Positions 10,240 through 20,240 of a stretch of 64,000 nucleotides of DNA are shown in pieces; the stretch's first letter is position 1, and every line of letters starts with the position of its first letter. Both the position numbers and the translations under genes were made by a program. Source of the stretch: an uncultured Pseudobdellovibrionaceae bacterium (GTDB lineage Bacteria; Bdellovibrionota; Bdellovibrionia; Bdellovibrionales; UBA1609). Under the pieces are notes generated by a model. The model saw only the letters and a list, made by a program, of their open reading frames with translations, was not told the origin of the DNA and ran no database searches. The stretch lies in NCBI GenBank assembly GCA_963803705.1, contig CAWDNU010000004.1:800001-864000 (forward strand). Reading direction: 5' to 3'.

Positions 10240-11623
10240 AAAATTGAGCCGCAAAAATGTTTATGTCGTCGTTGGTTACAGTTATTCCGCCACCGATGAA
10301 AGGGTTAAAGTCACGTTCTTCACGTTGAATTATGGAATCACCACCACCTACTAGATAAAGGCCTTTCAGGGGTCTCCAAGTTGCAAACACACGTAAGTTT
10401 GGATCACCAAAATCAAACATTTCAGCAGAGAAGCTGACTTTTTCTCTGTACAGGTGGTAATCAATGCCGAAACCACCACTGGATTGAATCAAGCCACCTC
10501 TTAAAGTTAGATCATAAAAGTTCTTAGCAAAAATCGCTGTAAATTTAATTGCATTTTTGTCGGTCTGAGTTCGGTCGGTGTCTGTCACTACAGTCGAACC
10601 AGGTGTGGTGGTGGTTTCAGTGTTTGTTACAGTATTTTCAGTAACACCTAATGGATCTTGCACAATTCCCAGATAATAATATCTATCCAAACCCGGCTGA
10701 ATTTTTAAACCTACAAAAGACTGAATATCCGAACGTTCAGTCATAAACTCCGAGTGATAATCAAAAGTTGTCCTTAGATTTAAGGCTCCTCCCAAAACAC
10801 GATTTAAATTGGCAACGGCCTTGTTAATACCATTGACAGTTTCTTCGTCATTTATCAGTCGACCGATGGTACCTTCTCCATCGGAAATTTTACCAGTTAC
10901 GTCTTCTATATTTGCAAGCGATCGATCTAAACGTCCCATGCCTTGAGTCACATTTCCCCAAGCTTCTTTAAATTCTTCTCGGCCTTGTTCACCAAATGCG
11001 ATTTTTAAAGTGCCCGTTAACTCTTCAACGCTATCGATTACATTGTTAATTTTGTTTTTATTTTCTGCTGTAACTTCTGCCAAATCTTCAGTTAGATTTT
11101 CAATATTAATCATGATTCTACCTAACGGAGTGGCGTTGCTTCCCTCAACCGTGGCTTCTCTTAAAGCAGCCGCAACATCTTGTAGCGATGTTGCTACTTT
11201 ACTGATTTCACTCATCGCATCGCTTAAAGAGCCCGAAGTTACTACGTTCTCAATCTGATCGCCACTTTTTAACTTAGTATCTGTGGGGTCCCCACCTATG
11301 ATCGAAACAAACTTGTCACCTAAAATACCATTAGATACGATCTCAACCTTAACACTTTTTGTTAGGTTTAATCCACTTTGCAACAAGATCTCGATCCGGG
11401 CTCTGCCGTCTTCTAATGTGATTGAATCGATAATGCCAACTTTAACACCAGCGACTTTGACGGCGGTGTTCGTAATCAAACCACTCGCATCATCAACTAA
11501 AAAATAAAGTTTATTCGAAGCCCCCAAAATTGAAGGGTTTTTAGATAGTTTTACGTTCATAATAGCAATAACTGCTAATGCGATTAAAGCAAAAAAGCCA
11601 ACTTTCATTTGCGTAGATTTCAC
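10232..11623 (-). CDS. mlaD: MCE/MlaD family protein, long form with helical region and C-terminal beta domain
   Basis: N-terminal TM, DASGL...VKVAGVKVG, GILGDKFVSI, GEGTIGRLIND. Confidence 0.88.
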   Translation of the reverse strand: MKSTQMKVGFFALIALAVIAIMNVKLSKNPSILGASNKLYFLVDDASGLITNTAVKVAGVKVGIIDSITLEDGRARIEILLQSGLNLTKSVKVEIVSNGILGDKFVSIIGGDPTDTKLKSGDQIENVVTSGSLSDAMSEISKVATSLQDVAAALREATVEGSNATPLGRIMINIENLTEDLAEVTAENKNKINNVIDSVEELTGTLKIAFGEQGREEFKEAWGNVTQGMGRLDRSLANIEDVTGKISDGEGTIGRLINDEETVNGINKAVANLNRVLGGALNLRTTFDYHSEFMTERSDIQSFVGLKIQPGLDRYYYLGIVQDPLGVTENTVTNTETTTTPGSTVVTDTDRTQTDKNAIKFTAIFAKNFYDLTLRGGLIQSSGGFGIDYHLYREKVSFSAEMFDFGDPNLRVFATWRPLKGLYLVGGGDSIIQREERDFNPFIGGGITVTNDDINIFAAQFFR

Positions 11624-12378
11624 TGCTTTCTTACTCCCTTCGAAACAAATTTTTCCACCAAAGGATGATCTGTTTCTAAAAACTTATCCGGCGTTCCTTT
11701 CATTAACACTTTACCCTCATGAAGCATTATTACAAAGTCCCCGATACGAAAAGCTGCATGAAGATCATGGGAAATCACGACCGAAGTCGCGCCCTCAATC
11801 TTTTCGTGGGTCGACTTAATTAAGTTATCGACCATCTCTGTTAAAATAGGATCTAATCCAGTCGTTGGTTCATCATAAAGCAAAATTGCAGGATCTAGTG
11901 CAATAGCTCTGGCTAGCGCCACTCTTTTGCGCATTCCGCCACTTAGCTCGCTGGGCAACTTGTAATGGTGCTTCGCATCCAAGCCCGACATTTCTAACTT
12001 CTTTTTAGCAATATTTTCTCTGTCTTTAATAGACAGTTTTTTTCTGTGTTCTTTCAATGGAAAACAAACATTTTCAAGTGCCGTCATATCATCAAATAAG
12101 GCCGCATATTGAAACATAACTCCCATCTTTTGACGAAACTTCGCCTTTTCAGCGGAAGACATGGACTTAATATCAGAGCCTAATATATCTATAGTACCAG
12201 ATGTGGGCGACATCAATCCTAGAATATGCTTCATTAAAACACTTTTACCGGTTCCGCTGAAACCAATAATCATAGTGATTTTACCTTTCATAATATCTAG
12301 ATCAATTCCATTCAAGACAAACTCTTTACCGCAGTCGAAGGATTTTTTTAAGTCTTTGATGTGTATTGCAGTATCCAT
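11620..12378 (-). CDS. mlaF: MlaF/Mkl ABC ATPase
   Basis: Walker A GFSGTGKS, LSGGMRKRVALARA, YDEPTTGLDP. Confidence 0.9.
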   Translation of the reverse strand: MDTAIHIKDLKKSFDCGKEFVLNGIDLDIMKGKITMIIGFSGTGKSVLMKHILGLMSPTSGTIDILGSDIKSMSSAEKAKFRQKMGVMFQYAALFDDMTALENVCFPLKEHRKKLSIKDRENIAKKKLEMSGLDAKHHYKLPSELSGGMRKRVALARAIALDPAILLYDEPTTGLDPILTEMVDNLIKSTHEKIEGATSVVISHDLHAAFRIGDFVIMLHEGKVLMKGTPDKFLETDHPLVEKFVSKGVRKQ

Positions 12379-12382
12379 CAGC

Positions 12383-13165
12383 TCACTTCACCAGTTGAAA
12401 ATATAGTCTAATAAAATTAGTTAATACGTAATCTGCAATGATAATTGATACCATACTGGTCACAACGCCCTTGTTGGTGGCTTCTCCAACACCTTTAGCG
12501 CCGCCAGTGGTGTAGTATCCACGATAGGTGCACACAAGAGAAAAAATTAGCCCAAAAAATCCAGCTTTTATCAATCCTTGGATCACATCACTGGGGTCGA
12601 TCCAATCAGTAATCTTAGCCCAAAATATGGCGCTATCAATTTCAAGGACGTGTACACATAAGGTGTGCGAGCCCGCCATGGCTACAAAGTCAAAAAAACC
12701 GCATAGCAGAGGAAGTGAGATTATCGAGGCAACTACCCTGGGGGCAACTAAGTACTGAACCGGATCAACCCCCATAACCTTGATTGCATCAATTTGTTCA
12801 GAAACTCTCATTGTTCCTAGCTGTGCTGCCATCGCACCACCCGCTCTAGCCGCTACTATAAGACCTGAAAGCACTGGTCCCAATTCTCTAAAGATGCCTA
12901 GGGCCACAGTTGGACCTACTAGATTTGGAGCTCCGACCATACTGAAACCTAAATAAATTTGTAGCGATAGAGCTAAGCCAGTAAAAGCTCCGGTAAGAAA
13001 TATAATACTCATAGATTTGTTGCCGACAAATTCTAACTGCTTGAAAATTTCTTCGAAACGAAAAGGTCCTCTAAAAATCGCCCTTAGCGCAGCACAAGAA
13101 AAGATACAAAAATGTCCCAAAGTGATCAGCAAATTTTCAAAAGGTTTTAAATTTAATCCGAACAC
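12383..13165 (-). CDS. mlaE: MlaE ABC permease
   Basis: RELGPVL, AAQLGTMRVSEQIDA, GGAKGVGEAT. Confidence 0.93.
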   Translation of the reverse strand: MFGLNLKPFENLLITLGHFCIFSCAALRAIFRGPFRFEEIFKQLEFVGNKSMSIIFLTGAFTGLALSLQIYLGFSMVGAPNLVGPTVALGIFRELGPVLSGLIVAARAGGAMAAQLGTMRVSEQIDAIKVMGVDPVQYLVAPRVVASIISLPLLCGFFDFVAMAGSHTLCVHVLEIDSAIFWAKITDWIDPSDVIQGLIKAGFFGLIFSLVCTYRGYYTTGGAKGVGEATNKGVVTSMVSIIIADYVLTNFIRLYFQLVK

Positions 13166-13168
13166 TAT

Positions 13169-14392
13169 CTAGCTTCCTATCACGCGTCGCTGAACTCTAG
13201 CGCTTAATCGGGCTAAAAATTCGTAAGTAGTTAATCCTGCGCGCTCTGCCAGCGACTCTAGCGAGAAGTTTCCTGCGGTTAAATCTGAACTAAATATTGT
13301 CACCACTTTGGACACCAAACTTCGAAATTCACTATGCTTTAAGCTATCATTTAAATCAGATGGTGACATGGAAGACAAGTCGTTCCCCAAAATCTGATTT
13401 GCCCAATGGCTAAGATCTACCATTATAAAGTCCATACAAATTTTACCTATAACTGGCGCTTGCTTATTTTCAATAATTACAAACGCTTTCCCAAGTAAAG
13501 AGCTAGGAAAGCCATCTGCATATCCTATAGGCAATATTCCAATCAATGTTGTAATGTCGGCTTGCCATACCCCATCGTATGAAACAGTTTCGCCCTTAAA
13601 TACCCATTTCAAATCCACTATGGGAGCTTTTAAAGACAGTACCGGTTTTAAGTGTTTGTTTAACTGTGATACTCCGTAAAGTCCAAGCCCTGGCCTAAGT
13701 CCGTAGGTTAGCAATTCATTGTCTTCGTCAGACATCAGAAAATTATCGTTCAAAGCTTTAGAGCTAGAAACGTGGAAGACTACACCCTTAGAGGATCTTA
13801 ATTTGGGCTGGTCCTGGAAAATCGCCGTAAATTTACTAACCGTGCTCTTAAAGTGATTTAGTTGCTTAAAACTTTTTCCGGTCTTGCTGGGCCAATCTGC
13901 AGCCTCAAGCAGATGAGAAAATACTCCGGCAATCTTAATTTTATTCTGTGATTTTAAAAAATCTGCTAGCTCCACCAAATTATAATCTTTGAAGCCCAAT
14001 CGGTTCATACCCGTATCAATTTCAATATGAATGTCACAACATGGTAATCTTTGGGTTTTCAAAAAATTGTGTAGAACCTTCAAACTATAAAATGTTGAAA
14101 TAACTGGGGTTATTTTATTTTCTATGACTTTGTGAATATCCGACTCATCTAAAGGGTTAAATAGCAGTATTTCAACATTATCGTCCATCGAGCGGACAGA
14201 TAAAGCTTCTGACAACCTGACGACCCCAAAATATTTAGCTCCTGCCGATCTTAAAATTTCAAAAACTTGCTTTTCTCCAACTCCGTAAGCATTAGCTTTT
14301 ATCATTGGACATACGAAGTCAGACTTGGATTTGTACCAGGCATAATTGTGCCTTAAATTGTCAGTATTTATTTCTAAAAAGCACTCATTCAT
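13169..14392 (-). CDS. alr: Alanine racemase
   Basis: MIKANAYG (PLP lysine), IDTGMNRLG, PIGYADG, GKICMD. Confidence 0.92.
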   Translation of the reverse strand: MNECFLEINTDNLRHNYAWYKSKSDFVCPMIKANAYGVGEKQVFEILRSAGAKYFGVVRLSEALSVRSMDDNVEILLFNPLDESDIHKVIENKITPVISTFYSLKVLHNFLKTQRLPCCDIHIEIDTGMNRLGFKDYNLVELADFLKSQNKIKIAGVFSHLLEAADWPSKTGKSFKQLNHFKSTVSKFTAIFQDQPKLRSSKGVVFHVSSSKALNDNFLMSDEDNELLTYGLRPGLGLYGVSQLNKHLKPVLSLKAPIVDLKWVFKGETVSYDGVWQADITTLIGILPIGYADGFPSSLLGKAFVIIENKQAPVIGKICMDFIMVDLSHWANQILGNDLSSMSPSDLNDSLKHSEFRSLVSKVVTIFSSDLTAGNFSLESLAERAGLTTYEFLARLSARVQRRVIGS

Positions 14393-15446
14393 TTTTTTTC
14401 TCTAATTTGCGACATACAAAGTCCGGCTCGAAGCTGTCACTTTTGACCACCTCTAAAATTTGTGAACCTGCTGTATCAAGTATTAACTTTTGGATAGTCG
14501 CCAATTGTAAATCTTCAAAGTCGTGGGCTAATTTTGGGTACTCCGAAATACATATAGAAAATTCTGTTTGGATATTAATATTCAAGTCGCTAAAATATTT
14601 TGATGCGGTTAAAATATTTTGAATTTGCTTAGCTTTGTTCCTAGCATTTTCAATGCTCATGTGTGGAAGTAGCACTCCGAATTCAGTCTCTGAAAGAGCT
14701 CCAACATAGTCTGTTTTCCGCACCGCTTGAGAAATTATTTTAGCGATCATCCGAATCAAAGAGTGGTACCTATCAGCATTTAGAAAATTCTTTAACTGAC
14801 TGGCGTGATCAAGTCTAACCACCATAAATGTAACAGGATGCTTTATGCGTTGGGCTCGCCCGACCTCTAGCGCTACATACTCGGAAAGCACTTTTTTGTT
14901 TAGTAATTCTGTCAGATCATCTAAACGGTTCAGATTATGAATTTTATCTAAAAGGTAAATTTCTGAAGCCCAGTGGCTGAATATTCGCTCTGCAAGTTTG
15001 TAGTACGAGCTTTCTAACTTATCAGTTTCGATATCAGTATAAACGAAAAGCCCCTTAACTTCACCCCGAACTACACAAAGTGCTGTGACAAAACTATGAT
15101 TCGGAGAAATTTTTTTCATAATCTCTAGAAAGGATTTGTTTTGCCCAATGCGAAGAAAGTCTTTTATTGGAGAAAAATCTTTATCTGTGGAAAAGTTTAA
15201 GCCAAGCCCACGAACGTTTTCAAAAGCAATGCCTTCCGAGTAGGTTGCCAGCAACGAGCTAAAAGGTTTTAAATACTTGAAAAAAACCACACCCCTGCTC
15301 TGAAGGCCCTCGTACATTTCGCTGGAAAATACTTTGACGGCTTCATCGAAATGTTGAACAGCGTGTAACTGCAGCGTCCATCTATCTAGCCTTTCCAAAG
15401 CCGACTGGCCATGGTCGAAAGAATCCAGAAAATCATCGCTCACCAA
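14385..15446 (-). CDS. GAF-like plus degenerate GGDEF protein (probable c-di-GMP receptor)
   Basis: DDLTELLN; RKTD I-site followed five residues later by SETEF in place of GGDEF. Confidence 0.75.
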   Translation of the reverse strand: MVSDDFLDSFDHGQSALERLDRWTLQLHAVQHFDEAVKVFSSEMYEGLQSRGVVFFKYLKPFSSLLATYSEGIAFENVRGLGLNFSTDKDFSPIKDFLRIGQNKSFLEIMKKISPNHSFVTALCVVRGEVKGLFVYTDIETDKLESSYYKLAERIFSHWASEIYLLDKIHNLNRLDDLTELLNKKVLSEYVALEVGRAQRIKHPVTFMVVRLDHASQLKNFLNADRYHSLIRMIAKIISQAVRKTDYVGALSETEFGVLLPHMSIENARNKAKQIQNILTASKYFSDLNINIQTEFSICISEYPKLAHDFEDLQLATIQKLILDTAGSQILEVVKSDSFEPDFVCRKLEKKNE

Positions 15447-16877
15447 CTAAACATCCTTGTTCGCAGGCGTAGGTTTTAACTCAGCAGAGTTTATTTCTTC
15501 GGTAAGTTCATCAATGATTTTGGCCCAATCATTAGACTCTGTTTCCGCGCCCATATATTCTTGAAAAACCACGCCATCCTCATTTTCTACGTCTAAATTT
15601 GAATAGTCTTCGGTAACAAAATTTTCAATTTTGTCTTCAGAATTTTTATTCTCAGCTATGCTTAGATCTGCAAGATCTGACTCGTTTGGCTGTAAACTGA
15701 CTGATTCTATCTCTTTGGCATTAAAGCCTAGTGCCTCGGGGCCGTCAGCATCAACATCTTCTAAGTCTGGTATCTCAACTAAAGACTCAAGAGTTTGCGA
15801 GGATTTGTAAGCTGAATCAATTATTTTATCTAAGTTCTTAAAATCATCTTTAATGTTTATGAACAGTTTTTTATCAATATTTTCATTAGTGGCTAAATCA
15901 AGCCTTCCGGTTAGAGCTGATGAAAGTAAAGACATTTTGTTTAATGAATCTCTTACTTCATTTAGTTTTAAAACTGCACCGTATTCATCCTTTGAAAAAT
16001 CAGAAGAGAGCTCATTGTCAGCATCTATAGCTTGCGAAATATCCAAAGATGATTTTAGATTTAAAGGCGCCTTCATATAGATTTCGAAGACAAGAACTCC
16101 AAATATTAAAAACAAACCCATAAACATTACCAAATTTGGGCCAAGTATTTGGGCCAAGATTGCATCCATCTTTTTTTTATAAATAAGCTCAAGGTCCATG
16201 GACTTAATAGGTACGGTCTTAGAAATAGAGCCTTCGTCCTGGGAATTTAGCAAACTTAGGGAGTTTTGGCCTATGTACTCTTTATTGGGATGGAAAACAT
16301 ACCTTCCTTTAGCGTCGACCAAGTAGGTGTTCAAACTAGAATTTATAAGCTGTACATAGTCCAAATCCAAAGCACTTAACAGCAAGCCTTCTCCCAAGGA
16401 TTCATCTAGAATTGGAAAACCAAAAAAAACTTTTGAAATATTAGAAGACGATTTTTCAGAAAAATAAATAAATTCCTGATCCAGCACCTGACTTTTTGAC
16501 CATCTACCTAGTTTAGAAGAAAGTGTTTCAGGTATAACAGCAGCAGCCATATCTTTTGATTTCACCCACTGTGCTCGAAACTCGCCCTTGATCAATTTAA
16601 AAAAATAGATTTCGTCAAATTCCGAGTTTAAAAAAGCGTCCTGGTCAAAATCAAGGCCTCTGGTCTTCACTAAATAATAATTGTAAGACCACTGGCCCAA
16701 TTTGAATTTAAGATCCTTTGAAATCTGCAGAAGCTCAGACTCTGATCTTTCAATCGAAAGTTTTGCGATTTGTTCACCATTTTTTTTTGCAAAATCTGAA
16801 GTGAACCAAAAAAAGCTGAAACTTACCCAAGCAAAACCACAAACGATCAAAATCCACTTCAAATTTAAAACTTTCAT
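15447..16877 (-). CDS. Two-TM Cache-like sensor protein with an acidic cytoplasmic tail
   Basis: Two TM segments flanking YLVDAKGRYVFHP (Cache motif); no kinase or MCP motifs seen. Confidence 0.6.
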   Translation of the reverse strand: MKVLNLKWILIVCGFAWVSFSFFWFTSDFAKKNGEQIAKLSIERSESELLQISKDLKFKLGQWSYNYYLVKTRGLDFDQDAFLNSEFDEIYFFKLIKGEFRAQWVKSKDMAAAVIPETLSSKLGRWSKSQVLDQEFIYFSEKSSSNISKVFFGFPILDESLGEGLLLSALDLDYVQLINSSLNTYLVDAKGRYVFHPNKEYIGQNSLSLLNSQDEGSISKTVPIKSMDLELIYKKKMDAILAQILGPNLVMFMGLFLIFGVLVFEIYMKAPLNLKSSLDISQAIDADNELSSDFSKDEYGAVLKLNEVRDSLNKMSLLSSALTGRLDLATNENIDKKLFINIKDDFKNLDKIIDSAYKSSQTLESLVEIPDLEDVDADGPEALGFNAKEIESVSLQPNESDLADLSIAENKNSEDKIENFVTEDYSNLDVENEDGVVFQEYMGAETESNDWAKIIDELTEEINSAELKPTPANKDV

Positions 16878-16925
16878 ATTTTATCCTCGATGTAGAAATT
16901 TTAACTTTATACTTGGGCTCTGACC

Positions 16926-18602
16926 ATGTTGATAATGCACGAAGTCAGCAACCTCCGGTTACTATCAAAGGCTAAATTGTATAAGATGTTCAACATCATG
17001 GATAGATCAAATCATGCGCCATATGACTTTATTGTTGTGGGCACTGGACTAGCGGGTTTAAGCTTCGCGATCAAGGCTGCTGAATTGGGCTCTGTTTTGG
17101 TTATTAGCAAAGACCAGTTGGTTCAAACAAATACCTGGCGAGCTCAGGGCGGAGTGGCGTCCGTTACCTCTAAATCAGACTCTTTTGAAAAGCACATAGA
17201 AGACACATTGGTTGCAGGTGATGGTTTGTGCTTTAAACCCGCGGTCACCCAAATAGTAGAGCAAGGGCCAATGCTAATACGTGAATTGGTAGATCAAGGT
17301 GTAGAATTTGATGCTGTTAACAACGAAGTAGACCTGGGCAAAGAGGGCGGTCACAGTCAAAGACGAATCTTACATATAGATGACTTCACTGGACAGGCCT
17401 TACATCAGAAATTAATTGAAGCAGCTTTAAAAAACCCGCAGATAGAGTTGCAAGAGCATTTACAGGTTAGTTCTTTGATTACCGAAAACCAGAACTGTAT
17501 TGGCATAGATGCTTACAATTCAAAAGAAGTTTACCAAATCTACGCTCCTTATATATTTTTGGCCACTGGGGGCGCTGGTAAGGCCTTTTTGTACACTTCA
17601 AATTGGAGTGGTGCCACAGGTGACGGAATTGCACTAGCCTACAAAGCAGGTGCAGAAGTTTCAAATATGGAATTTATTCAGTTCCACCCAACATGCCTGT
17701 TTCACCCCGAGGCCCGAAACTTTCTAATCTCTGAAGCCTTAAGGGGTGAAGGTGCCACTCTGCTAAACTCAAAGCATGAGGCTTTCATGAGTCGCTATCA
17801 TCACCTAGCGGATCTTGCCCCAAGGGATGTCGTATCTAGAGCCATTGATCAAGAGATGAAATCTTTGGGCTCAGACTGTGTCTGGCTAGATTTAACTCAC
17901 TTGAAAAATCCTGATTTAAAAATTCGATTTCCCAAGATTTATCTGCGTTGCGCGGAACTTGGAATAGACTTCTTACAAAAACCAATACCTGTGGTTCCGG
18001 CAGCACATTATATGTGTGGTGGTATTTCTGTTGATAAAAATTCAGAAACTACGGTTAAAAATCTTTTTGCACTTGGCGAATGTGCTTATACAGGTCTTCA
18101 TGGCGCTAACCGCCTTGCAAGTAATTCGTTGTTAGAATGCCTCGCGTCTGCCAACAATGCTTTTCAAAAAATAAAAAATGATAAGCTGTTAAAGAAAGGA
18201 ACTCGGTTTACGGTGATGCAAAAGTCTGACAGCATAGTGCTTTCACAAGAGGCCAGGTTTCAAATCACTGTGCTATGGGAAGAAATAAGAAGCACAATGT
18301 GGAATAGGATGGGCATCGTTAGAACAAATAAGCTTTTAAAAGGGGCACTTAGTAAAATTAATTTTTATCAGGTTGAGATTGAGCAACTCAAGGCCTCGGA
18401 GCCTTCAGTGAGTTTGCACCAGGAATACACAGAACTAGAAAACTTATGCTTAGTGGCAAAACTTATGGTCACATCTGCAATAGGTCGTAAAGAAAGCAGG
18501 GGCTGTCATTTTAATAGTAATTATCCTAAAAGAAGTCATATTATTAAGAAGAGTGTTTGCCGACTTGGACATCAAGTCGAATATGTGAAACTAAATCAGT
18601 AA
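16926..18602 (+). CDS. nadB: L-aspartate oxidase
   Basis: VVGTGLAG, AQGG, EGGHSQRRI, QFHPT, LAPRDVVSRA, HGANRLASNSL; true start may be up to about 70 bp downstream. Confidence 0.93.
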   Translation: MLIMHEVSNLRLLSKAKLYKMFNIMDRSNHAPYDFIVVGTGLAGLSFAIKAAELGSVLVISKDQLVQTNTWRAQGGVASVTSKSDSFEKHIEDTLVAGDGLCFKPAVTQIVEQGPMLIRELVDQGVEFDAVNNEVDLGKEGGHSQRRILHIDDFTGQALHQKLIEAALKNPQIELQEHLQVSSLITENQNCIGIDAYNSKEVYQIYAPYIFLATGGAGKAFLYTSNWSGATGDGIALAYKAGAEVSNMEFIQFHPTCLFHPEARNFLISEALRGEGATLLNSKHEAFMSRYHHLADLAPRDVVSRAIDQEMKSLGSDCVWLDLTHLKNPDLKIRFPKIYLRCAELGIDFLQKPIPVVPAAHYMCGGISVDKNSETTVKNLFALGECAYTGLHGANRLASNSLLECLASANNAFQKIKNDKLLKKGTRFTVMQKSDSIVLSQEARFQITVLWEEIRSTMWNRMGIVRTNKLLKGALSKINFYQVEIEQLKASEPSVSLHQEYTELENLCLVAKLMVTSAIGRKESRGCHFNSNYPKRSHIIKKSVCRLGHQVEYVKLNQ

Positions 18603-18610
18603 AGGTATAA

Positions 18611-19438
18611 ATGAGAAATACAGAGTCTTACATAGAGTTCAAGAAGTACGATATTTTTATGCAAAGCTGGTTACCTACTGAGCCGACTAAGCATCATATC
18701 ATCATAGTACATGGCCTAGGAGAACACTCCTCATGTTACTCACACATGGCCAAGTATCTAACGGAAAACAAGATCAGCTGTCATGGATTTGATTTTTTTG
18801 GTCATGGTCAAAGCTCTGGCCAAAGAGGATACATTCCAAGATTTGAACTGTTCGTTGATGAGCTTAATTTTGTGCATCAAACTCTTATTGAAAAATATAA
18901 TTCAGCTCAATTTAGCATATTTAGCCATTCCATGGGCGGGCTGGTGACTTTAAAGTCATTGCTTACGCATTCATTTAATGAAAACACAGCTTTAATTTTT
19001 TCTAATCCATTAGTGAATATAAACGTAGAAATTCCACAGTGGAAACTAGCTATGGCTCAGAATTTAGCCCAAGTCTTACCTAGATTGACTTTGGGAAACG
19101 AGATAAATGATAAAGACCTTACTAAAGATCAAGAGGTTCTAGAAAGATATAAGACTGATCCTTTAAGACATAAAAAAATATCTTCTAAACTATTTGTCGA
19201 ACTTCAAGAAAACACAACACTAGTTCCCAGCCAAATTAAAGGGATCAAAAACAGATCTTTGTTTCTTATTTCACCCAATGATAAAGTGTGTGATGCTGGC
19301 GCTTCGCAAACGTTAAGTAGAAATTTTAAGGATGCAAGACTGGAACTGTTTCCCCAGTCAGGTCATGAAATTGTTAATGACTTAAGTAAATCTAAAGCTT
19401 TTGATGATATAATCGACTTTCTAAAAGGAACTTATTAA
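18611..19438 (+). CDS. Lysophospholipase/monoglyceride lipase-like alpha/beta hydrolase
   Basis: VHGLGEH, GHGQSSGQRG, SHSMGG, C-terminal GHE. Confidence 0.85.
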   Translation: MRNTESYIEFKKYDIFMQSWLPTEPTKHHIIIVHGLGEHSSCYSHMAKYLTENKISCHGFDFFGHGQSSGQRGYIPRFELFVDELNFVHQTLIEKYNSAQFSIFSHSMGGLVTLKSLLTHSFNENTALIFSNPLVNINVEIPQWKLAMAQNLAQVLPRLTLGNEINDKDLTKDQEVLERYKTDPLRHKKISSKLFVELQENTTLVPSQIKGIKNRSLFLISPNDKVCDAGASQTLSRNFKDARLELFPQSGHEIVNDLSKSKAFDDIIDFLKGTY

Positions 19439-20100
19439 TGGTTAGAAATTTAAACTCCAGTCTTCAAAACAATAGTTTTTTTGGTTTATTATTTAGCCGA
19501 TTATTTATCCTGGCGCTAGGCACATCAACCGCAGTTGCGCTTTTGTCTTGCGCCTCGAACCAACCACTCAACACCCAGTTAGACCCCTCTTGGCATTATC
19601 CAAATATGTCGGATTACCGAAAAGCAATTAAAAAAAATACTCATCAGCAAAAGAAGTATGATGGATTTTACAATAAATTTGATATTAGCATTACAAAATT
19701 AAACCAAGATATTCGCATCAAACAGCTTAAAATAAAAGCCAATTATAGTCAGTGGGCTACAGATAAAGCCAATATTGAAAGAGAAAACTTAATTAAATCT
19801 ATGTCCAGTGAAACAGCATTTTTCGTTAGCTCATTCACTCCTAAAAGAGAGATGAACAATTTAACTATGAAGGATGTGGGGTGGACAGCTACATTAGAAG
19901 TCGACGGTCAACTTTACCCCGGCACATTTAAAGCATATGGCAAGCAAAGCTATAAAACCGAAAGTCTTTATGATCATCACACAATCTGGCACCGGGCATT
20001 TATATTAAAATTCCCTGTCTCTACCCTAGAGTCAGAATTAAAAGCTCAGGTCATAACCTTAACCAGCCCTTTTGGTTACGCTCTATTTCCATATAAATAA
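19438..20100 (+). CDS. Hypothetical lipoprotein
   Basis: LLSC lipobox; coupled to the upstream gene (TAATG). Confidence 0.65.
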   Translation: MVRNLNSSLQNNSFFGLLFSRLFILALGTSTAVALLSCASNQPLNTQLDPSWHYPNMSDYRKAIKKNTHQQKKYDGFYNKFDISITKLNQDIRIKQLKIKANYSQWATDKANIERENLIKSMSSETAFFVSSFTPKREMNNLTMKDVGWTATLEVDGQLYPGTFKAYGKQSYKTESLYDHHTIWHRAFILKFPVSTLESELKAQVITLTSPFGYALFPYK

Positions 20101-20240
20101 TTTTACTATTAGAATTAGGTCTATCAAAATATATAATTCAAGTTAGCGATACCTATATTTCATATTAAATTAAAAATCGATCAAGGTTTTAAATTTTGAC
20201 AATTCAAACTGTACCTTCTAACGCCAAGGGCATTTGCACC

